Part shown: one piece after another, positions 11,807 through 26,600 of the stretch | How positions within the stretch are numbered: position 1 is the first letter of the stretch | Layout of the letters: each line of letters begins with the position of its first letter | Origin: Chrysomallon squamiferum | Taxonomy: Eukaryota > Animalia > Mollusca | NCBI GenBank assembly: GCA_012295275.1 | Contig: CM022665.1 | Coordinates: 4,712,001 to 4,776,000, forward strand | DNA length: 64,000 nt | Direction: 5' to 3' | Translations under genes and position numbers: made by a program | Notes under the pieces: model-generated | The model's input: the letters and a program-made list of their open reading frames with translations, nothing else | Database searches by the model: none | Told to the model about the DNA's origin: nothing

Positions 11807-13305
11807 GTGGGGACTGCTGTTCTGTTCTTCTGTTATAATGTAATCAACAACAACAACAAAAATGTGTTTATAACTGAACACCAATTTTTTTTTTTTTTTT
11901 TTATAATTACTTAAATTTTTTTAATTAATCTTTTTTTATAGAAACATTGTAAACTGAGAAATAAATGAAATTATACAATCTTAAAAATTCGTTTGTGCTA
12001 ACAAAGTATCATAGACATAAATTATAATTTTATATTTTAGTGTGCGTATAGGATATATACGGTATATAGTTATGTGACAGCATTTATCAATAAAATAGAC
12101 TTCTGACTTTGTCTCATACGATTCTATGTAATCTCAGAAACAAAGTCAGTGAAAAAATTGAATATTATCAAATTTCAGTAGAATGTCCTGTTTACAAGAT
12201 TACAGTGTTTTATGCCAGTTATATACTCTATCATAAAATGATAAGTAAAGATAAGAAAGGATACTGAAGATATTTTTCCTTTCACGAAGTTAGTCTTAGA
12301 GAAAGAACACCTTTTTTTTCTTTTTCAGTTTTTATGCGTACAACAAAGATTAAAAGAGCTTATCATATATTTTAACCAGAATCCTACCACATTAAAACAC
12401 AGGCAAAATGCTGATTTAAAGTTCCTACACTGACCAGTACTGAAGATATTTTTAGTAATAGATTTAGATATTGAAAAATGGCTGTATGCTGCGGTTTGTC
12501 TCAAACAATTTTGCAAGCAACGTCACCAGTATCATAACTCGTAATTTTCTGATTTTGTGTGTACCTTGTAAAACACACATATTCCATTCCCACCCTCTTT
12601 GAGAATTGTTTAAATTATGACTCGTTACTATGTTCTCAATACTACTCTCGGTGCAGTCTTTAGAGAAATAAACTTTTTACTTGAATTGTCTTTTGCTCAA
12701 ATCGTTCAAATTAATTAGTGATTTGGGAGCAGTGCTGGTCCAGAAATATTCGTACGATGATGTTCAAAATGATGTTCATCAATCTTTCTGAACACCCGGA
12801 ATACTGAAATCACTTCCCCTCTTTTGCACTATTTATTATTCCTACACTTTATTAAACTATTTTTGCTATCCTGGAATGAGGAGTTGTAATCTTGTATAAT
12901 AAATCTGTCTTATTTAGTTTCTGTTGCTTCAAAATACATAAACACGTATTGCATGCAGAAACACATACATACATGCATAGATATATCCATACATACCCTA
13001 AATACAGTGAAAAAAATAAATAAAAAGAAACCTTTGAAGTTTAACAATTTTATTTAAATCTTAATAAATGTCTTTATGGTTCTTCAAGAGTAACCTGGTA
13101 AAAAAGAAAACGAAATTAAAAGAAAGGAATAATCATTTGAGAATCTTTAAAATTTTCTTTTTAGTTATATATGATATACTGCAACCAATCTTAAGTTAAA
13201 ACGGAAAAAAAATAAAGAAGAAGAAGATGATGAAAAGATCAAATGAAAAATTATTGGAAAATAAAATTTACTTCCATTTAAATCAGAAGTTTCATTTACG
13301 TTTAC

Positions 13306-13355
<50 letters not shown>

Positions 13356-13369
13356 CATAGCAAATAAAT

Positions 13370-13406
<37 letters not shown>

Positions 13407-13488
13407 ACTGTGTGGTAAGTTACAACTGATAATAAAAAGAAAGAAAAATCTGAAGTACCAAACAAGCCTAACTTTTGTTCAGTTTTAT

Positions 13489-14608
13489 TCAATTCTCAGA
13501 CCATTCGCTGGAAATCATGAGTTTTGATCTTGCCGTTCTCTAGGAACAGAAATATTTTAATGAATAATAATAGTAATAATAATAATAATAATGTTGATGA
13601 TGATAATAATAATAAATCGTATTTTGCGCGCGTGAAAGGGAGTGACTGTCCACCAAATCAATAATAATGTTAGTACACACGTTTTATAATCATAAAAAAT
13701 TCTTTTTTAAAGATGCTTCCTTTTACGTCTAGACACTAATTTATTTTATATGAGATCTTTCTTTAGTTATTTTTATTGTTCTTTCGTCTTAAAAAGCACA
13801 GTATTGTACTGTTTTATTTTGAGTTGTTAACCGTTATTGTTATCTATTTTTGAAATGCTTTACCATCTTCGCTAACAGGTTCCTGAAAATCGTCAGCGTC
13901 TTGTCGATATTCAGTGTTTGACGTTCTTCTTTGTCCAGGATGTCGTCCATGTTGGTGTCAATCTCCAAAATGTCTTAAATAAATTTATTCATTTATACTA
14001 ACAGATAAAAACGCTGAATTAAGTACATAACAGTTTGAGAGGTAACAAGACTACAAGAATTAAACCTACATTTTATTAGGAAATGACAGGAAACTATTGA
14101 TTGGTCTAAGCGTACATATATATATATACGTACATTTCAAACATTTACAAATGTACGCATCTTAAACATAATTTTGTTAAACGTTTTTTCAAAACACAAC
14201 ATTCTTCGTTTTAGTTTCATAATTAATTATTCCTCCCTTTTTATTTAGGAAATATATATGTGGATCTGAAGATTGTAAATTGTGTAACCTCATGTAACCA
14301 TCTTAAACGAGTTTTCAAAACACAACAGGCTTTCAAATTCTACATTTTCAAGACATCTGTGAGATAAACGCTTAATATTAAACATTATTTAACAACTATG
14401 GAAACAGAACCTAATTCTCATTCATACCTCGCTTTTTGGCAGTTAGGGCATATGTTATCCCTTTCTGGGTAGCCCATTTTGTTGCAGCGCGTTTAGAATA
14501 ATGTCTGACTCGTCTCCAGCGAAGCTTGACACGAAACTCACCCAAGGCGTCGCTTTCATTCAGAACAGCGAACAGAAGCATCAGTACAAGAAGAAAAGCA
14601 GCTCTCAT
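13489..14608 (-). CDS. Paralog (copy D): intact signal + cationic peptide exon, with frameshifted/degenerate EF-hand propiece; possible pseudogene or truncated variant
   Basis: Exon 14608-14428 gives MRAAFLLVLMLLFAVLNESDA-LGEFRVKLRWRRVRHYSKRAATKWATQKGITYALTAKKR. Exon 13973-13864 is 110 nt versus 111 nt in copy C, a 1-nt deletion after DILEIDTNMDDILDKEE. The exon starting at 13539 has TGA at 13498-13496 in the ancestral frame and at 13491-13489 in the shifted frame. Noncoding exon 1 ends at 15294 and the 3'UTR exon starts at 13094. Confidence 0.78.
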
Positions 14609-15010
14609 CTGTATTAAAAATATATATATATTAAGAAATACGAAATTTTTTTTTTTTTTTTTTTTTAAATTAGACAAACATTTGAAAAAATAAGTAACTA
14701 AATAAATAAATAAATATATAAATGAATAAGTAAGTAAAAATGAAATATTATTTTTGTTGTTGTTGTTCTTCTTCTTCTTTCGTTACTTATTTTTTCTTTA
14801 TTTTCTTTTTTCTTTTCTTTTCTTTCTTTCTTTATTTATTTAAATATATGTATCGAAATGAAAACAGGATTAAAAGAATTTAATGAAATACATGATCTTT
14901 CTGGATCAGAACGTTACTCACTAAATCGATAAAAGTTTTTCAATCCGTGTGTGGAAGAAGATATGATCAGGAAAATTAGCATTTCAAAAACAAAAAGGTT
15001 TAAAAAAAAA

Positions 15011-15056
<46 letters not shown>

Positions 15057-15293
15057 GTAATAAAAATGAGAAAAAGAACCATTCATAAAGGATTACAGAA
15101 CGTTTTGAATTTAGCAACGGAAATTTGTTTGTTTGCTTGTTTTAAATGTTTCAGCTGTTAAAATAAAATACAAACTATTCACAATAATAATTAACCTTAA
15201 AGTGTCTAAAAATGTTCACATAAATCAAAATTATCTTATATAATTTAATACTTTGTAATCGGTTTCAGAATAAATAAAAGTTTCATAACTTAC

Positions 15294-15365
15294 CTTTCCG
15301 TTAAAAATCGACTACTGCCAAAAGAAATAAATATAACCGTTTTCAAACTCAGTTACTTTATATAC
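15294..15365 (-). promoter_or_regulatory. TATA box and short noncoding exon 1 of copy D
   Basis: Minus-strand TATATAAAG at about 15364-15356 and donor aag|gtaagt at 15294; homologous to 9530-9600. Confidence 0.7.
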
Positions 15366-16845
15366 CTAACTGATGTTTTTATTTTCGTTTAAATTAGAAA
15401 TAAAGATCTTATTAATATGACGATAGATATACCTGTCCTATTAATGCAATCTTATCCGTTAAGACATTACGTTGCTCAACTTAAATAAACGGGCAGTTAA
15501 AATAAATTAAAACATATTCCCCTCCGTTCGATTCAAAATCAGAGGTTTTATCAGCTATTCTATACAATATTTATTACAAAAGATAATAGAATTTTTTATA
15601 TATATATTTGCTTTAAGAATTTGAAATTTTGATTGCTATACTACCTTTCACTTTTAATTTGTTCAGTTAGCTCGACCAGAAAAGGACCTACTGGTTTTTA
15701 TGCTAATGAGCGATTTTCGTGACGTCATTTAGTAACGTACTTCCAAATTTCAAAGTTAATCACAAGTAATTTGGGTCATTGCATATTGTTGTTATTATTA
15801 TTATTATTATTAGATGGTCACAGTAAAAAGGAAAAGTCAGTTTTCATGTATTATCGACATTTTTTTTTTTTTTTTTTTTTTAAGTTTCTCTTAGGTCTTC
15901 TTTATTTTTACAATTAATAAGGTAGATCTTGCGATTAGCTATTATCAGAATGTTTCTAAAATAGGAACATATCTGTTCAGATATTTGGGGAGGGGGGGGG
16001 AATAGGGTAGAAATGAAATTTTATGGAATATACCTGATATGCTAATAAAAGTCTCCTTATATTACATGGGAGCATTTGATGTTATGCAGGGAGTAAGGTT
16101 ATCAACTTATAATATCACGTTTGTCATACAGTATAATATTATTAATTTTTTTTTTTTTTTTTTTTTTAAATTTTGCCGTTTGAAAACGCACGAGCTTAAA
16201 AGCCAGGGAGATTAATTACGTGATAACATCATTTCGTTATTTTGACGTTATCTCACGTGTGACACCTGAGAACTATTAATAATTTTTCTTTTTGTCACAC
16301 GACGGTATCTGTCAAGTTTTATCTTTTCCCTCTTTTGTTTTCCAATCATTATTTTCTGGACAACTTAGTGAATTTAAATTATTTCATTGACTCATTCATT
16401 CACATATCTCATATATACATCTACGGTTGTTGTTGGGTTGTTTTTTTTGGGGGGGGTTGTTGTTGTTGTTGTTGTTGTTTTTTACTGCTGTGAAAACCAC
16501 TTAGATGGGATCCTCTCCTTAGTACTCACTCCTCGTTCACCGCCCTTGAAAACCGACACAGTAGGCCTACCTTATTTTTATTAATTTTGATGGAAATAAT
16601 CAGTTTTTCCTTAACAGATGTACTCTTTTTACAGTATTTTGTTACCAATTTTTGTAAAGAGAAAGATAACGTTATATTTGTATAAGACTGTACCTGTAAC
16701 AAGATCTAACCATAACACGTTTTCCGAAAATTAATTTGTAATATACATTTGTTGCTAATACATTAGGTGTGTGTCTGTGTGTGTGTTACTGCGTTAGAAA
16801 TAAATGAGACACACTTTAGTAAGGAACCTTTTCTTTCTTGCTTTT

Positions 16846-16880
<35 letters not shown>

Positions 16881-16953
16881 TTTTGGTTTCTGAATATCAA
16901 TTAATTTCTGCAACATAAGAACTTTGTATGTTTATATAAATGCATATGATGTA

Positions 16954-16986
<33 letters not shown>

Positions 16987-17479
16987 CTTGCGAGAGAAAG
17001 AGAGAGTCGTCTTTGTATCTGAACCACTGTCAAACATTTTATTTACTTTTTTTATCTTTTTTTTTTTTTTTTCTGAGTGCATGAATCGGTTAATTATTTC
17101 TGACTATGCATAAAATTTTATTATGTCAGCTCGGTTAGCGCTCTCCTCCTGGGGGAGAAAAAATACATTTTCATAAATCGTAGTTACAACGTTCGATTTG
17201 TAATAATATAATTATTAATTTTCGTCGAATGTATTTGTATACAAACATAATTATGACACTGGGATCAGAAAAAAAAATTGTTTATGTAAAAGTATTATAT
17301 ATGTTTAGACACATTATATGTAACATATAGTACTTTTAAATGTACAATTACTTTTTGTATATGTAACCAAAATTTTAAAAGTTTCCTTTCTGTGCACATT
17401 TTATTACACTTCGGGATTATCCCAGTTTTGATTTAGTTCAGTATCACTGTTGGTTTGAATGCTAGCTCAACCTCTATTA

Positions 17480-17555
17480 TCGTGCTTTGCCATGACCAAC
17501 TACGAGAGGCGAGACTAGCTGCCGTCCAAACATGGTGCAACATCTTTCGTGAGTT
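17480..17555 (+). promoter_or_regulatory. Possible promoter/first exon of the CCDC9-like gene
   Basis: Local CpG-rich patch with a YY1-like AAACATGG followed by a donor-like c|gtgagt at 17549. CpG depletion begins shortly downstream, consistent with gene-body methylation. Linkage to the gene is inferred. Confidence 0.4.
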
Positions 17556-20500
17556 ATGGAATTTCAAGAATTTTCTTTTCTTTTCTTTGTTTTTCTTTGA
17601 ATTTTGAACCATTCTGTTGTTTGCTTATCGTTAAAGCATTAGAAATTGTCTTAACTGAAGCTAATTTATTATTCTTTTTCGGACGCATTGATGATATTTG
17701 TTTCAGATGGCCTACATCTTTTACTCGGCTATCGGATGCTTTTGGGACTTCGGCTGCCGAATAGCCTTCGTTTCAGAATTCTCCGAACTGTCTCACACAT
17801 ATGTAGTGTTAATTCATTACTATAAATTGGTTTTATTATACTTCTGTTAACGCTTTTTCATCCTGTTAAAATATTTCATCGAATTTAATGTCACATTCCA
17901 AAAATGTGTATTTAAAAAAGAAAGAAAAAATTGTAAAATAATATTGAAGTTCGATAACTAAATCATCAGTAAACGTTAAAGACTGTTAAATGTTATAACA
18001 TCACACGTCCCTTACTCTGTAATTATACAAAGCAGCATTTTGGTTTTCTTTATTTTTATATTTTTAACTTTATTTTAATATTAGCATGAAAATTTATTGT
18101 TTTTAAAACTAAAGTTATTTATAATTAAAGACACTATAGTATATATATTTTTTTCTTTTTTCTTTCTTTCCTTAAATTTCAAATGATAATTTAAAAAATT
18201 AATTATGTTTTCCTTAAATAATATAGAAATAGCTGATAAAACAATGTTAAATAGATGATCAGATCTGGGGGTTTTACAACAAGAAAACTAATGTAACCCC
18301 CCAAAAAAAAAAAAAAAACAATGTCTGCTTCCAGCAGAGGCTGAATCAAGGATCCATTTCTCTTCAAGTATTCACTATAGCCTTTACATATGTTACTTTC
18401 TGGTATTTCAATTTGTTAATTTTGTCTTCTGTCAGTTCTCAATTTTTCTTTATATTTGACAGACTTAACTACTTCAGACCATTTATAAAAAATGAGGTAG
18501 TAACAAAAGCGTTTTAAAAATAAACTTTGAATCATTAATGTTAATATAAATCGATACACCAAAACCCACTCCAAAGCATGCATTAATATTTTAAAATATC
18601 TGAATATATATTAAATTAGATTAAGCATATGTTGTCATTTTTTATTTTATATTAGGAATTAGAGTACTTTAAATATCTTTGATATCTTAGTTCTAATAGC
18701 ATTATATTACTAAATTTAGTTTTTTATTATTATCTAAAAGATATATAAAGCATGAAAGTTGTTCTAAAGAAAATATATAATGGTTTTTGTGTGTGTGTAT
18801 ATATATATATATACATATACATATTTTATATTTTTTTAATGAAGAACAAAGCCTTGTTGGGACTTTTTAGAATATTTGTATAGATGTTTATAACTGAGAT
18901 TAATAAGAATATTCAGATCCACATCTAGGTCATACTGCAGTCAGGCATTTAACTTAATTTCTGTAACCATCCAAGTGTGTGTGTAGTTGTAATTCAAGAG
19001 CTGGAATTTTGCCAACTCTATGCTGCAAGACTTCAGTTGGTTTATCATCAGATGTTTTCCTGGCTGCATGTGTGTACATGAATTCTGAACTGTCTACATC
19101 CTTCAGCTGTAAGAAATACTGTTGTCTAATCTGACAAGACTGTATAACCTATCCACACAATGTGAAACAGATAAACACTTGCATATATGTTTATATATTT
19201 ATATATAAGGATAATGAAATTACTTTTAAATCTTTATGCTCAAGACATTCTGTTGTTGTCATTTATATATGTGAAGATACATCTACAATATTATCTGGAA
19301 TGTAGGTATGTGTGATGTTCGTATTTGGAATGACTTAAGGATTATATTGTTGTGAAGTTAAACAATAGAGAGAAGTAGAGAAAATGGTTCTAAATAGCTT
19401 TAGAATAAAGCACTTTGACAAGTTAATATTACAAAATATTGAAATCATTATGTGTCCGGTTAAATTCCTATAGTGAAATGTAAATTCTTGTTCTCAAACT
19501 GGTTTGGGAGGAGGTTATATTTATATGTGTACAATTTTATTTTTTTATATGTTTTTTTTTTTTTTTTTTTTTGATATATAAAATATGTAGAACTGTTCCT
19601 AATATTGTTGTTAATGTACTAAAATAAACCTTTTTAGTTGACTGTTGACTTTATTAAATATTCTCAGTTGTTTCTTTTTTAAACATGACAGAATAAGAAA
19701 ATAATGTTGTAAAAGAAGGATAAAAAGGGCTTGGAATATGCATAAATCATTAATTATCTAAAGTAAAATTTAAAAAAATGGTTAGAAATTTTGTAAACAT
19801 TTTCATTTATCTTTGATATCAGATTTAATAGAGTTTATAGACTCTTTTGATGGGTTTGGATTATTAGATTTCCAATTTACAGATCAGATACTAAGATAGC
19901 ATTATGTGTGGTCTATATAATAGGAACATTTTAGGTTTAAGAGAAAATATTTTGTGAGATTACTTGTCTTAATTACCAGCATAAAAATTGAAGCAGTTTG
20001 TTATAAAAGGATGGTCTAATTTAAAAATGTTTAAAAAATAAAAAATAAATAAATAAATAACCAGAATGATATCTACAAAATATAATTATTAGCCACAGAT
20101 TATAAATTTATATAGATTAACTGATCTCGCACTTTCAGAAGGAAATATCCTTAACATTAATTTAGTTTTTGTCTGGTGTTTTAACTAACTGTTAACAAAT
20201 GGATAATAGGCCAGTATTATGTATTATTAACAATGAATTATATTAACTATTTTGTAAATAAAACTGTAACTCTAGGTTGCATTTTGAGCATGGAAATCAA
20301 TTCCAGTTATGTAAATAGCATTAGTGATTGTTCAGTTTCCAGATCTATGATGGTTTATGTGGAAATAGCTTAGATGCTGATACACGAGTAAAAGGAATTG
20401 TAAGCTTGATCTTCATCTGACAGCAGGAGTGTAAAATTACACATTTTTCTCATTCTAAGACATTGGGATTGAACTGCATCTACATTACATTTTGTGGATA

Positions 20501-21463
20501 AACTATAATTTGTGTGTATTTGAAAGTGTGTTGCAGTTAAAATACCTTAGATAGAAAGAGCAAGATAATAATTAAAATGAAGAGAAAAAACATGTTAATG
20601 TAGTTTCAAAAGGCTTTTATAACATATGGTAGAAAAGAAATGCACTGGAAATTGGCAAACTGGATTTACCTGAACACAATGTTAACTTGACATACAGGTA
20701 CTACATGTACAATGTGGAGAGAGAGAATGTATTGACTTGAAACTTGAATATTTTAAATTCCAGTGGCTGTTTTTATATAGATGTTATTTTGTAAGGCTTA
20801 AAGTAAAATATATAATGATAAACCTGGTAAAGGTATATGTATGAATTGTATGTATTTATATATATATATATAGATATATATGTCCACTGTTTTAGTTATG
20901 ATTTCATTTGACATATACTGACTTATTTTTTAATTTATGTAAATTGGTTTACTGTTCATTTATGCCATGTTTGCGTGTTAATTCAAATATACTGAAATTA
21001 TGTACTTCATAAATTATTGTAGTAATCAATATCAATATAAAAAGTTGACTGAACAAGCTGTGTTTTTAAGTATTTTTGTGTGTGTATGTATGTGTCTTTG
21101 TCTGTTTGTACATGTTTAAGAGAAAGCAGATGACACACTTTGATTGATTTTGTTAACTTTATGTATGAAGATATTGACTTACTTAAGTTATTTTAATACA
21201 TTTTGATGCATATTTATCTTTTATCATTTAACTGTTAATATATTTTCATTTACTTTGACTATGCCAGTTTTCATTCCTCTGTTCTTTTCTTTATTTTGTG
21301 TTTATTTATTTATTTATTGATTTATTGATTTATTTTGCTTCAGGTGAAACATAACTCAGGGGCTTATATAATGTAACTTCTCCATGACTTGCTGATGTGA
21401 TCATCTGCTGACAAAATTAAAAAAAAAAAAAAAAGTTTGCTGCCTTGAAATATTTCTTCAGAA

Positions 21464-23649
21464 ATGGCCGAGGTGAGAGAGGAACTGTTTGTAAAAGTTT
21501 TGTGATTATTTATGACATGCCAGGTAATATCATTACTTTCTGGTGGAGGATTTTAGTGTTTCTGTGGATCTTAAACACTGTTTCATAGCTGTTCATTATT
21601 GAGTAGTGAAATATGTGGAAGTGTACAAAAGTAACTGACATGATGGTATTCTTACTTTCTTTGTCATTATTTGTTTCTAGCTTCAGTCACTATTGTAGAA
21701 AATATTTGATATATAATTTTTTATGATCTGTTATGTTTTATTATTATCTCTGTATTAATCTATTATATCTAATTTATTATATTTTTGTAGTGGTTGTATA
21801 ATGAGAGAGATGGGTAAATATTATACATTAAGTATAGCAAAACACTGACTTTCTTATTTATTTGTTTATCTATTTTATTATTATTTTTATTTCATTTGTT
21901 TTCACCTTTATTTATTTATTTATTTATTTTTTAGACATGATTGCTTAGAATGAAAATTATTATTATTATTAATTTATCTCTTCTTTTTTTTATACTGAAG
22001 ATTATTTCAGTTTTTTAGAAATGCTGTTTATTACTTAGGTAAAAGATGAACTCTTTCTTGATCTTCTAACAAAAGAGGAGCGTGAAGCTCTACTTAATAA
22101 AAAAATGGAAGAAATTCGAAAAAAGAATGATGCTCTAAGGAAACGGCATCAGGTAACTTGTTTTACTATCTTAAAACAGAGATCGTTACAAAGTACTGGC
22201 TTGAGATAAAATTGGTAACAGAATCAACATTCCTCAACTGTTTCCCAGTTTATATGTATTCACTCAAAAATTTGTGTTTTCACATCTACATCTCTTCAGG
22301 AGAGATGCATGTGAAAGATCCCTTGTTTTAAAAATAAAATTTAAAAACCCACAAAAACAAAAAAAAGAATAGGACAGTAAAACTAATGCTAAATTATAAA
22401 GACATAAACTTACAATTTACGTGAACTACTTTTGAACAAAACTTACTTAGCACTTTTAACAGGTAAGAAAATAAACAGACAGTAACACTTACTTATTTGA
22501 TTATTACCATTGAAATGGTATTTTTTTTAACTGATAAAGGTTAATTAAAGTAAGTACTTAAAAACTGGCCTTTACAAATCCAACTTGTGTTGTAACATAG
22601 GAAATTGAAGCTGACAAGAAATATGCTGCAAAGCTAAAAGTCAGCACAGAGGAATCATCCAGTGTGAACAGAGACAACTACAGACCACAGAAGACTCCTT
22701 CTCCTAGAAAAGAATTTGTGGTAATCAAATATTTATGTATTCAAGAAAGATAAATATTGGAACATAATCAAAATAATTTTTTCTGTTTAAAGAACATTTT
22801 TATTTTATTTTTTATTTAAAATATGTCCTGCATTATCAAAAAATAAAAAAAAAATATATATATAGGTGAAAATAAATCAAGGTATAGGGTTGGGTACAAA
22901 CATTTTAATGTTTTAATTTATAGATTTGTGATAGGAAATATTGTTGAAGGAGCTCATCAGCATCTATCATTCTATGCAAAATGTGCAAATACATTGTTTA
23001 GAATTATCTGAATTATGATTAACTGGAAAACACATTAATGAAAGTTACATTTGCTATTTTTAATCTGTAGTGTCCATGTGTTACAAACATTTTGTGATTA
23101 GTTTCCTTTCCAGAATCAGTTATATTCAGCTTTGTGATTGAAACAAAGTATGTAGGTTTTCAATATACCTGTTTTAATAATTATTATTATTATTATTATT
23201 TTTTTTTAAATGCTTAAACTTTTTTGTTTCTGTTATTTCAGGCAATGCCTGGTGAAGATAAGAAAACTCGGATTTCGAAACCAGGTGGTCGAGGAAGGGG
23301 CAGAACCAAAAAAGAGGTTTGAGAATTATAATTTTTCAGTGGGGTGTGTTTTGAGACTCATTAGTTCTTGATTTTTAAATATATACATCTACTTTTTATA
23401 GCCAAAATTAACATGTAGATTTTAGAAACCAAAGTATGGAGGTAACTAGATGTACAAGACAGAAGTCATAAATAAAAGTTCACCAGTATCGAAAAGAATT
23501 ATTCCTTTGTTTTTCTTAGTGTGGCCAATATTTTAATTTTATTTTATTTTTTTTTTTTTTTTTTTTGAATATATATAATATTTTTTTTTTATTTACTGTA
23601 CTATGCTCACTTATTTTTTTTTTTTTTTTTTTTAAAATGAAATGTTTCT

Positions 23650-23682
<33 letters not shown>

Positions 23683-26600
23683 GGTAACAGCGTTAATAAG
23701 GGGTTCATTGTTTTACTTTTTTAAATTTCATTTTATCCCCAAAAATTACCCATTTTTTAACTGTTCAGAAATATAATTTTGTAAGTGTTTGTTTATATCA
23801 GTGGATCTCAAAGTGTGGTCCATGAGGTCAGTACTATTTTTGTAATAATATTAAAATGTTTTTTGCCTTTATGAATATTGGTTTTAATATATAATGCAAT
23901 AAATGTTGATATCTTTGTAAATAAAACCTTGAAAATAAAAGCTGTTTGGAGTCCTCAGTAATAACATCAAAATATTCATGTATATATTTTTGAAAAAGAA
24001 TGCATTTATTTCGAATGACATTTAAACTAAATTCTCCAGCTTTTTCATGTTTGGAAACTAACATGATTTGCAAGAAATAGTGAATTAGAATAATAACAGA
24101 CTGTTTTAAAAAGCTTGATTACGTGTGCTTATAATAGGACCTATGTGTTCTTGCTTACAGATTTTGTGTGAAATATGCTTCAGTGAACAGCACATAAGAT
24201 CTTCAAAAACATTTTAGTAAATATTTTAACTGATACTTTTTGAAAAGAAAAAATTTTATCTACACTGAGATCTGTTTTGATTGCTTTTCTGTGCTTGTAA
24301 GTTTTATGCTTTGTGTTGTACAGAGAAAAATTGTTGCTGGATTATATTTTTTGAGGGTGTCTTTTTTGTTGTTGTTTTTTTTTTTTTTTTTGGCTGCTAA
24401 CAATAGCATTTTGTTGCAAATTTCTTACTGCATGCAGGAACCAATAGATCATACAGGCGATTTTCGAGTGATTCGATGGGAATTCAACAATAAAGACCCA
24501 GAACTTGCACAAACACCTGAAGTTGAGTATACTGATGCTTTTCCTGGGAGGGGCAGAGGATATCGAAAATTCCAAAGCTCTTCAGATCCACGGAGAAGGC
24601 CATATCAGAGGAGAGTGAATGATCAGAATAGATTCAGCTTTCCTCAGCTTCGCCAGGACAGGTCTCATGAAGACAGTGATGAAGAAGAGCATCACTGGGA
24701 GAGAGAACAACATGCCATTGGTGCTGGTGGTGACAACAGGTTCAATAGAAAGCCACGGGAGATAAGAAACAATCTGTTTTCGCCTTCATCTCCTGCTGCT
24801 ACAGCTGGCAGAGGGAGACTGCAGGAATTATCTCAAGATGGCAGCGTGAGTTGGGTCTTTGATCATAGTTTGATTCTGTAAAAAGTTAAGTAAAATTTTA
24901 ACATGTACAGACCCTGCTGCCTTTTTTCATCATCTATTTTAGTGACCTGAATTTTGCTTCAGAAATCCAACAAGTCAGAACTGTGCATGCTAAGTTTTGA
25001 TTTTGCACATCATGTTTTGAAGTAACAAGGATTATTGTACAAAAGACAAAAAATTATTTGGGGAGAATGTAGCCAATAACATACCCTACTAAAATCTGTC
25101 AAATTTGTTTTATTGTTCAAGAAATTGTTCAGCTTTTGATTTTATATACATTAATCATATACTAGATGTTTTTGGTATGTCTAGATGAACCTATAGTGTT
25201 TATATTAAATTACTAATTAGTAATTTGAATGAGAAAATACAAAATAAAAAGTGTTTGATGACATGTTGAGTGTGCATGTTTTGTCTTACTTTGGTTTTAT
25301 GTTGCATTTAACTTTGTGAATTTGTTTAGAAGACCATTACAACAAGTTCTTACAGCTTGGTGTTAATTTACTATATTTCTTGGTTTAACAGTGTTGAATA
25401 CATATAACTTGTTGTGTTTCTAGGGTCCCCCTCCAGACCCAGCCTACAACTTTCTATCTGACAGGCGCAGAGAATCATCTAACCAAGAAAGGGAATCAAG
25501 AGATTCAGCCCGAAAAGAAACAAGACGACATCCAAAAAACTTTGGAGGTCAAGACTTTGGAAATGTTCCTGCTCAGATGCGAGAGAGGAAAGAAAGACAA
25601 GTACTGTGTTTTTTAGTTGAATTTAATAATAATGTACAGTATTAACTCTTTGTTTTTAATATCTGCAGTATTTATATAATTATACATTTAGTAGTTGGTG
25701 TTATTAAAAAAATGTTGATTGTGAATAATATTTTGACAGGTTATATCTAAAAGCCCCCAAGATTTAATAGTAAACAGTACAGTTGTATACTTCAGTCATG
25801 ATAATCGTCATCAAGCTAACTAATAAAGCGCATCTTGGGATTATACAGAAATTATGTGCCTAACACATAACAACTGTTAACATTTAAAACATATATGCAT
25901 GGATCAGTAAATAAATATCAGTTCATTAATTTTCATGGAATAGTGATTTTTTTTTTGGTTGTTTTCATTACAGGAAAGACCAAAATCTGGTCCACCAAGA
26001 ACTAAACTGGAAATGTCTCTGGCAATGACAGGACGAGAACGACTGGAGTACACTCAGTGGAAGGAAGAACGAGAACGTATTGACAGTGAGAGACTTGCAC
26101 GACAAAAATCACAAACTGGAGAATGGCGCAGAGCATGGGATGCTGAGAAAAATCAGCAAGAGTGAGTAATTTTCTTCATATTAATTTACTGCTGAGGCTT
26201 TAGGCAGGTGGGCCTTAATTTACTGTGCTTGAAACTGCATGTGTTTTAGCACTGTGCATATGCATTATCTTCAAAGATAAATTTATTAATTTAAAATTAA
26301 TATCTAATTAAATAACACAAAGTACATGTATTAAACTGCTGTACTGAAATCTGAAACTAGCAGTTTATTAAATTTACATTTCAGTATTACACTACTGATT
26401 TATTTTCAGTTAACTGTTGTCACAAAAAAAGATCTGTTTAAAAGTACGATTTTTAACAAATATTTCAGAAGTATTATCTTGAAACTAAATGCATGGAAAC
26501 ACTTTTTAATTGTCTTGGTTTCTTGCAGTTTTCAATAGATTAACATTTGTTGTTTTTAAAGATAATTGATCAGTATAATCATTTTCTTTTAAATTTTATA

